Shown: one piece after another, positions 23,313-36,453 of the stretch
Layout of the letters: each line of letters starts with the position of its first letter
How positions within the stretch are numbered: position 1 is the first letter of the stretch
Source: Paraphysomonas bandaiensis
Taxonomy: Eukaryota > Protista > Chrysophyceae
Length of the DNA stretch: 64,000 nucleotides
Direction of reading: 5' to 3'
Assembly (NCBI GenBank): GCA_965644295.1
Contig: CBFFRP010000091.1
Coordinates: forward strand, 62,001 to 126,000
Notes under the pieces: model-generated
What the model saw: only the letters and a program-made list of their open reading frames with translations
Database searches by the model: none
Told to the model about the DNA's origin: nothing
Program-made: the position numbers and the translations under genes

Positions 23313-26300
23313 TTATAATGGCATGCTCCCTGCCCTTCTTATTGAAGCTTTGGGAATGTCATCAGCATCACCAGTACTGTACGAATAGCCCAACAGCGTC
23401 CATGTACCTCTAACGGGAGAACGGGTATAGCTGTCCCAATCAAAGTCAACATTTGAAATATCGGAAGACCCTGTGCTCATGAGCGACATCTCTTCCACAC
23501 CAAATTTATTTTCTTCAGTCTCAATATTCAGAGTAGATGATACCTGTAATTGCAAACCATCATTCTGTTCTTGCGAAGGGGAATCTATTTCCCAATTGTT
23601 TTGATTCTCCTTCTCAATTATGCTATTCCTATTCGTCGTACTTGAAGCCCCCGCATGACTATTATTAACGTACTTTTCAACAAGGCGGTCAATTTTGTCT
23701 TTTCTACCGTACAGCATCTCGTGGGCAGCGCGGAAGGAGAGCAAAAGTACAGGTCCAAAGAACACCAACGAATAAATCACATCCGACACCACGGAGTTAT
23801 CGATTACATCTTCAATAAAAGTTGTTATGGGTAAACAATTGAAATTTGCTACATTTCACCTCGTTGTATTAGTAGAGTCAAAAAGAGAATAAAAAATACT
23901 TGAAACTAAATTTATCACATCAAGGGCTTATTCCGAAATGCTTATACATCGGATGTACCTGTGCTAGTTCCGCATCGGAGTTGAGCATATCATCGTCAAA
24001 TACCGCTGCATAACAAGTTAAATAAGAGCTTGGTAAATAGTTGGTTACCATTATAGCCATAAAGCTTTATGCATCCAATACACACGAGCATCGACAAAAC
24101 TAACTTCATGGAGGTGCTGATTCCACCAACCACTAAAAGGCCGGTTAGAACAATTCTACGCACAGTCTCAATGACTTCCCTGCAACCAATGTGAAAACGT
24201 AGTGTTTCCAGTGTGACTCAACAAGTAAACATACCAATACCACTTCGTTGGGAGATATGAATCGTAAAGGAATTTAAAGGGTGCAATTCGCACTGCGCTC
24301 TCCCACGTTGGGTTTTTCCCACTGGCCTGTAGAATATCATCTTTGACTGAATATAATAGTCTGTAGTAGAGGAATGGAACGCCAATTGGATACACGACAA
24401 ACATAACCACAGCATACATGCGGCCATAAATGTATCGCTCAGAGCTGCAGGAAATTGTTTTATCTTAAACAAGCATTAGGTGCACAAGAAAAATAGGAAA
24501 CAATCATACCAGCCTCCATATACACATATTTCCCACTCGTATCATCATCAGGATCAAGATCGCGACAACTACCATCAATCAAATGGTGATAACTTATAAC
24601 TCAAAACAAAAATGGCATACCTGAATACTCGGATGATAAACATTGACACACCAGGAAGAATGATATAAGTAAAAACAAGAACAAATAGCATACATAATCC
24701 ATACAGCTGCGAAAACTGTCTGTGGGTGGCATTGTGGTACTTCAAATAAAAGAAGCGACATGCATATAAAACAAAAACAAGCATGATGATTCCAATCGGA
24801 AGAAGAGTAGCAAACAAAAGAGAATCAATATAATCGTAATCACCAAAACATTTCACTCCAATTGTGTCCGCTAAGTTCCAATTAACCCAAGAACAAGCAC
24901 CAAGAATGGCAGCAAAAAAAGGTGGAAATTCAACGACAAGATTAAAAGTCATGGAGGAAAATATCTGAAGCATGGCTATATATATCTTCATTCTCGGTTG
25001 TATTCGATTGAACTTGGCTGTTAATTTCTCTTCGTTTACTTCACGAATCCTTCGATGCTCCCTACCAACCAGCTTGGATCTCATCTTAAAGGCCACTTTC
25101 AAGGCCCTTTCGGCAACTGTGGCATTAACATATTCTGACTCAATTTGACTACTCTTTCGAATGGCAATAATAGCAACGATCAACAGAATAGCCGATATGA
25201 CTGCAATGAAAACAATCCCTGATGATGTGATATTCTCCTCAGGGCATTGCTCGCATGACAACTTAACCGAGTCAACGTAGTAGCCAGATGCACATGACGC
25301 ACACAGTGGCCCTGCGATAACAGTCAGAATAAGCGAACTCTCGTATTGTGGGGGCGAACTTGCCTTGGTAGCCTGTTTTACAGAACTTTTCGCCAGTGAA
25401 GTTTCCCTCCTTGCATGCCCTGGTGCTGAATGGACACTCAAATACGTCAGACGTGCTATCTGACAGCCTCCAAAATCCAGCTTGCACAAATATCTGATCA
25501 CCATAACAAAGAGAAGCATGCTGAGGACAGCTAGAGCAGCGAGTTACAGAGTTATTGTCATTTTCTTTTAAACTGTAGGATCCAGTGGGGCATTCGACAC
25601 ATACACCCTCCGTAAAATACTGTACACGTGTGTAAATTCTACTGCTGTATAATTTGCACGCTTACCTCTCCTCGACGACACTTTCTAAAATTTAAGTCAA
25701 TATCAGTGAACACCTAGCCACCAGAAGTTATATAACACGTCAACTTCGTACAAATATACTTACCGCCAAATTGCCTATACTAGCATGAAATGATACTCCC
25801 ATTCCACCCCCAGGGAGACATGTTGCATAAATAGAGCTGAACTCCGCAATTCCTTCGACAAACTGTACAATCGTAGCCCCACTCAACTGCGCGGTCCTAC
25901 TCCCGCACTTACCCTGTGCAATACCGGAGGCTTCCACTGGAGTTGAGCTGTCTGGCTCGTAAACCTGATAATAGTAGTCCAACAAACTGACAGAAATGGT
26001 GTCCAGTGGGTCGGTGTATGAAGTGACTTCTATAGGATTCGGTTTTGACTGAAGACGGCGCACAGGCGAGATAGGAACAACAGCTAGCTGCATACCAGTT
26101 GTTGCATAATTTCGCCCAAATTGAGCTATATTTCTCTCAAACTTATTTTCTGATGTGAGACCAATAGGACTTTCACGCATTCCATTGAGGTCATACTCCC
26201 AGAACACTCCTCCTCCGCCCTGAGGCGCTTCATTGCCAGCGAATGTATTACCAGATACTCTGAATTCAGCCGACGATAACCACATTGCACTTCCAGAGCC

Positions 26301-29300
26301 TGTTTCCGCAATGTTGCTTATTATCTCATTATTCAATACTAGTGAATCCTTGACATTTTTCGCATAAACGGCACCGCCAGAGAGACTTGCCGTATTATTG
26401 ATAAGTAGAGAATTCTCGAGCACTGAGTCATCAATTCCGAGCATATAAAGAGCACCACCATCTCCGGATTCCGCATAGTTTTTAGCGAAAATGCAGCTCG
26501 ACCAAGAAACAGTTCGACCACTTTCTGAATACACACCAGCGCCTGCAGTTGCGGTGTTATTTTCAACACTACTGTCATACATTCCCACACTCTGCATGTC
26601 TCGCATAAACACCGCACCGCCAAATTCACTTGCAGTGTTGCGGACAGATGTCATATTTATGATATCCACATCAATGCACCTAGTCAAATAGATTCCACCT
26701 CCACTGGAAGTAGCATTGTTATTGTCCAACACAATACGGTTCAACATAACACCCGATCCCTGTATATACAACCCTGCTCCATCTACGCCAGTATTTCGTG
26801 AGAGAGAAGTATTCAAAATTCGTAATGAATTTGAGCCAGAATATACACCACCACCACTACCTTCGGCCGCATCATTATTCTGAAAGAGGCAGTCAACGAT
26901 ATTCATTATTCTATTCAGCTCGTTGGAATAAAAGCCCCCTCCGCCAAGGAGCGCATAATTGGATATTAATTGTGAAGAAGTAACTGTCACCCCCTCATTC
27001 GACAACGAGACATACACACCACCACCAAAAGACAATGCGGTGTTATTCTGAATACTGCAAAATGAAATAGAAATTTCACGGTTCGATATCATCACCGCAA
27101 ACCCACCCCCCATAACTAACGCTACGTTGTGTACTACTTCACATTCAGATACTGTAATATTAGTGTTACCTGAAAACACAATAACCGCACCACCTATTTG
27201 TAAACTAATGAAATATGCATTACTTCCGCCAAATGATAGGACTTACCATACGAAGCAAAATTCGATGTGATTGTGCAGTCAGAAATTGATATGTCTCCAC
27301 TTTGGTCATTTATATGAATTCCCCCACCATATATTTCGGCGGAGTTCCATGCAATAAAACAGCGTGATATCTCCACACCACTGGTTACAGTGCCAATAAC
27401 AATACCTCCTCCATAACTGGAAGCGTGATTGTTAATTATAGTTAGGTTGGTGATAAAGCTAGAGGTTATGAAATTGTCGAATATGATTGACCCTCCTCGT
27501 CCAGCAGAATTAGAATCAAATGTTGAATTGACTATTAACAATCCACTTGTCGCTTTGGCAAATAGCACACCACCACCTGAGACTGTCCCGTGATTACTGC
27601 TGAAAACACTGCTAGATATCATCATATTGTCGTTTCTGTTGTCCGCGAAGAGTGCTCCGCCTGAAAAAAATTACACCGAGTACATGAACATGACCATAAA
27701 ATTTACCATAATTGGCATAGTTTCCGACAAATATGCAATCAACGATTTCGCAGTTGTTATTAAACTAAAAAGTATTTAGCTCGATGTAACAAACGTATTG
27801 TTCGAAGAATAGAAATGATTACCTGGAACAAATACAGGGCCCCGCCATCAGCCCCAGCCCCGTTAGAAATGAAATAGTTGTTCCTCAACGAGACGCCACT
27901 GTTCAGCAGAGCAAGGTAAGTTGAGCCACCAAAATATAGGGCGTAATTTCCTTGGAATATATTTCCACTAATATTAACCCCGAGATAGTCCCTATAATGA
28001 ACTGTCGCCCCGCCGTAGGCAGCAGAATTTGAAACGAATTCGCATCCCGCAATTACAGCGTCATAATTATATTCAAAAGCACCATATGCGCCTCCAAAAA
28101 CTGCAGAATTACCCGAAAAATAGCTGTTTGTAACTACAGCATCATTATTATAGCTGAACACATACACCCCGCCACCTGAATGTGCTGCAACATTTGAATA
28201 AAATTGGGAGCCTGTTGCAACGAAGTGGTCATTGTTTTGGTATACGTACACCCCCGCCCCAGAGATACTCATTGCCAAGTTGGAACTAAACGAACAATTA
28301 CGAACCAGAAAATAGTCATTATATTCTCCTATATATATCCCAGCTCCATTTAGAGAGGCTTCATTGCCAATAAATAAACTGTGTCCAATTTCCACATTTA
28401 AATTTTCTTCGTATATATAGAGACCAGCGCCTTCATAAGAACGACTATCAGTAACATTGCAATACCTTATAGAAATGTCATTATTCGAGCTTCCTACATA
28501 TACACCACCACCATTAATTCCCGCAGAATTACCGGAGAACTTAGAGCCGTAAATGGAGCTACCATGACAGTCGGTCCCAATGTACACACCTCCACCACTT
28601 ACCTCGGCGGTATTGTTTTCAAACACGCTCTCAGAGATACCCAACAAACAGTTCTGATCCACATACACCCCTCCCCCTTCCACCGCCTTATTACTAGTAA
28701 AGACGCAGTTTTGAAAAACTAAATCGGCTGTCATGGACACGTAAAGTGCCCCTCCTTGGTACCCAGAGCTGTTGAGGAATAGCACCCCGTCAAAGTGTGC
28801 TAGCATTGACCCCTGCACATACACAGTACCTCCCACAATACCTTTCCCACCGAATCCAACTAATGTCGTGTTGTATATTGCCACAGTTCCTTTGGAACCG
28901 CCTTGTATATTAAGTAGTCGAATACCTACACCGTCTAGAGCAATGGTGCTGCTGTATCCATAGAGATGCACTTCCCCTTGTAAGTTAGAGACGTAAATTT
29001 CACCAAGGAAAGGGTCAACAAGAAGACGACTTGACGGTGGGAGATGCACAGAGCAAATCGAATCAGGATAAGAAAGACAATAGGCTAGAGCGGAGCGCAT
29101 TGAACATTCTCCTGATGATGAACTTGAGGAACAAGTCGATGCATTGGCAGGTGAATCTGCAAGAGAGGTGACTGTGACGTTTATCACAAGTGGCGTGTGA
29201 ACCAGTATGAACGCATTACTTAAAAAACCAGATAATGCACGGTTTATAGGAACAGTATCCACGCATACAACTGCTGGATATTCCATCGGGGCGATTGGGG

Positions 29301-30071
29301 TGTCTGAACAGTTCGCCAGAATGTGAAATGACCTCACAATCGCCACACCTACAATTTATAAATAAAACCGGCACACATAGAAAGCATGTGCATACCGGTG
29401 GAAGATGTCGACACATACATACCACTTTCTCTGTTAAGAGCGCAAGAAAATATGTGATGTTGGTAGTGAGCCAGTATTTGACCGTTTGGGCAGCCAATTT
29501 CGGCCCGCAATGTGGAGCGCAGAGCAGCGACATCCACGGATGAGCGTGAAACAACAACACGGCGGCCATCATTGCAATTACCAAAAAAAAATCCACGAGA
29601 GTGCTTGGTGGGGTGGACTCCATACTCCACATAAGCAGGCAATCCTCCGCAATCACGTGTACTATACAGAAGTTTCACAATATCATTACAAGAGATATCC
29701 ACTTTCAGCACAAAAGAAGCCCCATCGTTAATATTGTGACAAAAATGTTCCAGATATCCTTCTGACGACAACACGTCGGATGTACACGAGCTGTCAGAGT
29801 ATTCGTAGATCTGAATATAGGAAGGGTTGCGTATAGGGTCTGCAATCAAAGTACTGACATGTTTCTTGGACATAAAATACGAGGGTGAGCACCCTGGCAC
29901 ATTGTCGATATCCTCTAGAGCATCCATACCAGTATTCCATGAGGTGATCTCCAAGCGATTATTAAAATATAAGAGTGGCGAGACAACAGTTCGATTATGA
30001 ACTAAACTCTCACTGAAAATGAAATCTATAAACGAAACGAAGAGAATAATTCGATTCATCTGCAGTGTCAC
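23313..30071 (-). CDS. Large surface protein: signal peptide, CSLREA-like motif, Pmp-type FxxN/GGA beta-helix repeats, Cys-rich stalk, multi-pass TM domain; multi-exon
   Basis: Dozens of FxxNxA...GG(A/G) repeats. Cys-rich CVECPTGSYS, GFWR, GPLCASC. TM segments such as KIYIAMLQIFSS and VYPIGVPFLYY. The introns checked from the N-terminus to the Cys-rich region splice in frame. Confidence 0.88.
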
Positions 30072-30370
30072 ATTAACTCAACGACAGAGGAAGAGAGAGA
30101 GAGCGACCACACTACTCAACAGGGCAGGGCAGGACAGGATACGATACAGCATATCTACATGCCTCTGGCTTAATGATGTGATTGAGCACTTGAGACTGTG
30201 TGATATACAACGAAGTACTGTATGGAAAACCCCGATATTTCGGTTGTTCTACAAACATAAAACATATAAATTCAGTATTTTCAGGAAATCAAAGATCTTC
30301 AGTCTTAAATAGGCAACGCAACACAGATAATCGCAGTCACTCCGGCATATCGAACAGCAGCTATCTTGTC

Positions 30371-31781
30371 ATGGTGTTTGTATCACTGCATGTGATTGCA
30401 TGCATGTGTGTGCTCGTAGGCTACATGTTGTCAGTCACTTCTGTTACAGTCTCTCCCTCTCCACACTCACATGTGCGTATATATCCAGTGCTACTGCTTG
30501 TAGTTGAATGTGTCTCTATTGCAGGGCTCTTCTACTCACTCACGTCGTCTACAGTCGAATTTTTCTCAGCCGTATGACTTACTTGAAGAGTTTTCGTTCG
30601 CTCTTAGACGTATGCTTGCATATGGCTGATACATGAACTGATAATACTGTACGCAGAGTGGTGCGACGATACGAAAGCGATGTACGGCATCATTCCGGGT
30701 TACTCCTGGGGTCGTATGCCAAAAGGCGATGCAAGGACAGAGTTTCGATCGAAACGATGTGGTGCATACTTTTCTGCGAAAGAGATTGCATCGCGGCCTG
30801 TGTCATCGTGTCATGCTTTGAACTACGAGGCACCTGCACCACTAATCGCGATCATGGCCGGGTCCACCACACGGGGCATGAAAAATATCAGTCTTAAGTC
30901 ACTTGCCATTTTTACGCTCTTATTTCCGTCCCTCATACGCTCTCTTGATTGTGGGTACCAGTATGTTTTCGTTCTGGGCTACGATGTTGGGGACCCTTTG
31001 TATGACAGTTCAGAGGTGGGTCATAGTGCATATATTTTTGATTATGTGGCGTGAGTAGAGTGTGTGCTAGGGCATGTCTCAAGTCCTATCGTGGTTTAAT
31101 GAACACGTTGAAGGTGTTCTCAAGCATAATGGGATTCGTATGTCTTTTAGAGCTGTACGAGTGGATAATATTTTGAAGAAACCGGGGCCCGTATTTCTGG
31201 AGATGGCCAGAACGGCGTACAGTATGGGTGCTGATTTTTTGTATCGCGTAAATGATGACATTGAGTTCCGAAATAATTGGCCAAGAGCGTTTACGGAAGC
31301 ACTTATGAGTTTGCCCAAACCTTATGGGGTAGTCGGCCCATATGTAGTGGGTAAATCCAATATAATCTTGACAGTTGACTTTGTGCATCGGTTACATATG
31401 GAGATTTTTGATATGTACTACTACCCCCCTGAATTGACAGACTGGTGGATGGATGATTGGATTACTAGCGTGTATGGAAAGCAGAGAACCTTCCGCTCTA
31501 TGGGTGTGAAGGTAATATTCTTGTAATCGCACGTAGCCACTCTTAATCGACACACATTTGTGTAGGTGGCTCACCACACTACAGCTCATGGACAAAGGTA
31601 TGAGGTGAGAAGTAGAAGCGATGGAAACAGGCTGCTAGTAAAAGCGCTTACAGACGGGGTTAATAAAATTCGATCATGGATGATTCGAAATGGATCTACA
31701 GTCGAAACGATTCAAGCATTTGATAGCGATATACATAGGCCTTATGTAGGAAAAAAGCTTCGAGACATTCCCAACAGCTAA
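30371..31781 (+). CDS. Type II membrane glycosyltransferase-like protein (GT-A, NDD motif), paralog 1, multi-exon
   Basis: N-terminal signal anchor. Motifs FVLGYDVGD, ADFLYRVNDDIEF, ILTVDFVHRLHMEIF, DWWMDDWITSVYG. Confidence 0.75.
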
Positions 31782-32323
31782 TGCAGTGATAGCGTAATAT
31801 ACGATTAGTTGTATGCATTCTTGTAATATAGTGTTTATGATGTGTGTAATGAATACATGTTGTTGTTAATTCTGTCTATTATTGTATGTATACTACATAC
31901 TAAATATCACTAGCCTATATAGACTGCGATTTCATACCACGTACTTACAGAAGACATAAGGTATATGAATGGTGCAAGTTTTTATGTTGCGGCAAATCTT
32001 TATTAATATCCTGCTGATTTGACGATTCTTAGATCATGTCAGAATACTGTATTAGTACCTTAAATAGACCCCCCAATATACGGGATTTTTCATGATATAT
32101 GGGACAGGTACGTATATTGTAGCTTAGTAGCTGCACACAAGCAATACATCGGTATTCTTTTGATTACGATACATGCATTACCAAAATAGGCAACATACTC
32201 GGAATGGGATCTCTTTTGTTTATAAAATTAACATGTTATTGAAAAGATACCCTCCGTATCACCCACCCTGAAACAACAACATTGTCATGAAGCTACATAT
32301 ATTATAGGAAGGAACACTTCCTC

Positions 32324-33560
32324 TCATATATTTCTCTCAGCATTGCAAGTCGGACACAGCACCCCGTCTGCTAAAAACTCTTCGTTATTTGCTCTACAGT
32401 CATCACATACCAACTGAAGCATCCTGCATTTCCTGCATCTAACTTGAGGTGCATAGTCATCATAAAGTTCTCTGCAAAGCCTGCATCTACCCACGATCTC
32501 GTCATTATTTTTGTATGGGACTGCAATCCGAGGATCATATACAAAGTTCTTCCCCTTGAAAAAACCTCCGTCAGGAAAAGCTTCTTGGTATCTATGTATA
32601 CCGCCTTTGAGCTGGTACACATTATCCACCCCTTTCAACTTCATATATGCACTGGCCCTTTCGCAACGCACCCCTCCTGAATTCCACATGACAAAAACCC
32701 TAACCACTGGTATGAGATTACATACCTGTGCAATACATAAGCACTTTTTTGTCCTTTAGATCATCCTTATTCGAATCCACAAACTGTTTGAAGTCAGAAA
32801 ACTGCAACAAAAAGGGGTGCTGAATGAGACCCTTCGTGGACAGAGAGTTGTACTACCTACCTTTCTGGTAACGGGGTCTAAAACAGGTATTTTTGACCCG
32901 TCTTCAGACTCGCAGTCAAAACGGCCAATTTCGGTTTCATAAACGTTTCTTACATCCACTAAAACCAGACGGTCTGAGTGAGACTTACGATGCAAATCAA
33001 TCTGGTGATGGAATTCTTCAGGACTTAAGTGATCACCTGCACCGACTATAATGTACATGAGCACAATTCTTGAAGTAAATGATAGCTACGAGTACCTTCA
33101 ATCAAATCTTGACGCTCTTTTTCAGTCAAGTCCAGACTAACCACTTCTTTAGTGCATTTCACTGAGAGAGATTTGAACTGCTGACTTTCAAGGTTGTATC
33201 TGTCAACAGCACCTGCATACTGTCAGCACACTGCAATGGTTTCTCTGATATCCACACCTGATAACTTCCAGTCAATTGTATCAGGTTTTAAGCTTTCTAT
33301 CGTCTCTACTTCACTGATGTACGAGGATATTGCACTATAGGTACCACCTTCAAACAATATCGTGAGAAACATAAGTAGCAACCCACAAACCCACTGAAAC
33401 CCGCACCTAGAGTTCCATTAATGCCTTCAGGAGATACTCTGACCCGTCCCTTAAGTTCTAGTCTATTACAAACTTCAATGTGCCAATCACACAGCTGCTG
33501 TGGCTGCTCTATATCCACATAGTGGTAATACAATAACACTGTGAAAGGATCGTCCGACAT
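32324..33560 (-). CDS. Rhodanese-domain protein of the TrhO/YceA/TSTD2 family, multi-exon
   Basis: Motifs LYYHYV, LKGRVRVSPEGINGTLG, DVRNVYETEIGRF, spliced MYCTG|GVRCE, QLKGGIHRY, FKGKNFVYDPR, and a C-terminal Cys cluster. Confidence 0.92.
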
Positions 33561-34269
33561 TCTCCACTCCAGCACGATAACCAGATCAGATACTCCAATA
33601 AGATGATACAAACACTGATAGAGGGCGTTGCGGAAAAAGAAGCTTGACTGCTGATTAAAATGACCCTCTTTGCAATCACCTGCTCGATTGTTAATAGCAG
33701 ATGGCGACCACACTCCCTGGTGAGGAACAACTCCGACGTCTCGCACTCACGTCTATAGATTGAACGAGGAGAACAGGACAGTATATACAGTACCTATACA
33801 CACCGGAATACGGTATGCTGTATGACACTGTCCATGCTCTGTACGGTACAGCAGCATTGTATACCGGTATACGTGTACCGTATACCAGGATCACTCATTC
33901 ACTGGCTCTGAGATACTCTGCAGTGATCAGGGCAAACCATCCATTGTCATTGTTCATGCCATATGTGCTAACATCTCTGCGTGATGGAACCTAGTTGTGT
34001 TATTAATAATCACGGACTGTAGTGAGTGCTCAGCAATGCTTCGAATTTCTCTCCGCAGTCGTGTATGTGATGAAGTGATGGTACTTGTCTTCGGCACTGT
34101 CTCGACTTAGACAGCAGGGTGTCTACCCTGACACAGAGTATAACTATGATTAGACCTCATCAATGATGCATACGTCTACTTGTACCAGGTATTTTTTAGA
34201 AGTAGATGTAGATATCTCGTGTGAACGATATATTCATGTCTGTGGTGTATACACTCCGATGAGGATTAC

Positions 34270-35433
34270 GATTTACTGAAATGCGAAGCAGATTAAAGCC
34301 CTGTCTTTTGCATACCACAACTATGTGGATTTTGTCAACGTCGCTATACTGAGGGGGTGTATTTCACATGTCCTTATCATCTGCATACAAGCTGTATTTT
34401 TCTAATCTATTACTTGCAGGTCTCAGAGTCGAGTACCCGCTAAGGACGCGGTACGAAGCAAACTATAGTGCTCTGTAAAACTAGGAGCTCTTAGTCTTCA
34501 GAAGTAGAAATAGTAGTTGATTAACGGAAGTTGCTTTAAAGCACCGCAACCACAATTTGTACACTACTTTTTCAAGAATTAGTACCATGTTTTTTCTTGA
34601 GGACGTCATTCGATGAATGCTTAGGTGGAACCTTTGTATTGTCATGACCCTTGAATTAAATTGAAAAAGTATAATTTTGGACGATACTACAGTGATCCTC
34701 ATTTTCAGCAACGTGCACATTATTATTCCGCAAGCACTATGTGTGGTATATGTAAATTGTAAATGCAAGTAGCGCACAGTGATATTAGTCGTGGTGTATA
34801 TACTGTCACCGTAGAGCGATGCAACAAACGAATTCAATTAATTTTTAACAAAAGTAGTGATGATGACTGTTGAGTCCTGCAGTATGATGCGATGTATATT
34901 GTGCAATTAAAGTGAGGTAATAGTATACAATAGATGAAATCAACTCATACGTGATAGGCGTAAAGGGAGAACATAGCTACAGAGAAGGTAAATTCGGTTA
35001 CTGATGTATGTCTATGTAATATATAGGAATGATTGGTGAATTTAGGATAAACAGATGATACTGAGAATTGAAAACAGATGAGAATTGAATACTCACAAGG
35101 TGTTACATGATTATGTTGTGTATTGTGAAGTGTGAAGTGTTGAGATTAATAATTATAATTCTTTCTTGAAAGTGCATTGTGTACAACAGAGCAGGGTTAA
35201 GGTAGAGTAAGGTTAACTTCAGTGAATTTTCCAATTCTAACAATGACGGCTTAGAGTATGAGGTATGAGGAATGTTGATTAGATTACTAGTCATTGTTTG
35301 CCAACGTAGTGGGTTTGGATGTTTGGTTATTATGTGACCTTTATAACTAGTATTAATAATAGAATATACAAGTGTACTATTGGACGGGTTGTAAGGTTAT
35401 AAAAGTGTTGCAATATATCATTCCCTAGCCCTG
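34270..35433 (+). mobile_element. Decayed hAT transposon: transposase relic plus one TIR ending at 35433
   Basis: Degenerate (TD)NAKQIKA, GCISHVLIICIQAVF (CxxH motif) and PLRTRYEANY (TRW-like). Terminal ...ccctagccctg matches the local hAT TIR. Left end not found. Confidence 0.6.
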
Positions 35434-36182
35434 GTAAATTGTATATACATAGTCTACAATACTGATTTTTGTACTGTGAAAATAAATGTGAGGCATCATT
35501 TGGGCGTATGTCGTTAGCGCAGAGTTGAGAAAGAAGTAATTTTGACGATTTAAAGAGCCCATAAAGCTAAAACTACATGTTCTCGTTAGTTTGTATCGCG
35601 ATCAACTGCTTATACACTCAAGCAACCAATTAATAAAATACCATAGATTAGGTCGTAAAGAGCCAATAACGTGGAATCATTCACTTTCCTACCCAAGATT
35701 ATCGCTGACCTTATTTTACAGGTGGGGAATTACTGATCGTGGATGGACATATCCATATGGATATTGGTACTGTTTTCTGTTCTGTGTCTCACAAAGCGGA
35801 GGAGAATGCCACTAAAGTCGGTCATCTGGCAATATTTGTCCTGGTTATAATTAACGAATTAGCACTCTAATGGTCCAGCCTTTCTATCGAAGGGTAACGA
35901 GCTTTCATCGTTGTTACTGCTGAATGATATAGCTGAAATCATGATAATTACTTTCCCTGCCGTCGGTTACCCACTCGTTGAGGGGAAACTCTTCAATGTA
36001 ATGTTCACACGTGTGTATAGGTGCCGTATAGATATTGCTTTGCGGCATGGAGCAGCAGCACTGGAGCAGGCAGGAGGAATTCCTACACTAGACCTCTAGA
36101 CAAGATTGCATGGATGCGATGGATCTGGCTTGAGTCTTGAGTCTGCCTCACCCGCACCTTCCTATATGCTGTAGCTATACGT

Positions 36183-36198
36183 CGTATACCGGTATACG
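36183..36198. promoter_or_regulatory. Palindrome CGTATACCGGTATACG, candidate promoter element (also 33859-33872 and 52677-52690)
   Basis: The same palindrome lies ~190-300 bp upstream of three start codons. Confidence 0.5.
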
Positions 36199-36453
36199 GG
36201 GTATCGTAGGGTAGGTATACACGTATACACGGCAGTAGTACGCTGTTTCTCTCTATACATACTGGCGTACGTGTATGTGCAGTGCAGTGTACACTGCTGC
36301 ACAGGGCCTTCCTCTCACTATCATGAGGACAATGAGCTGATATACTCCATTGAACTGATATCGCGTCAGTGTAACAGGCCGTGCGATGGGACTTTGTTAG
36401 ACCGTATACAGATTATCGCGAGTTCGCCTCAGTTCAGTTCAGTGCAGCTGCTG

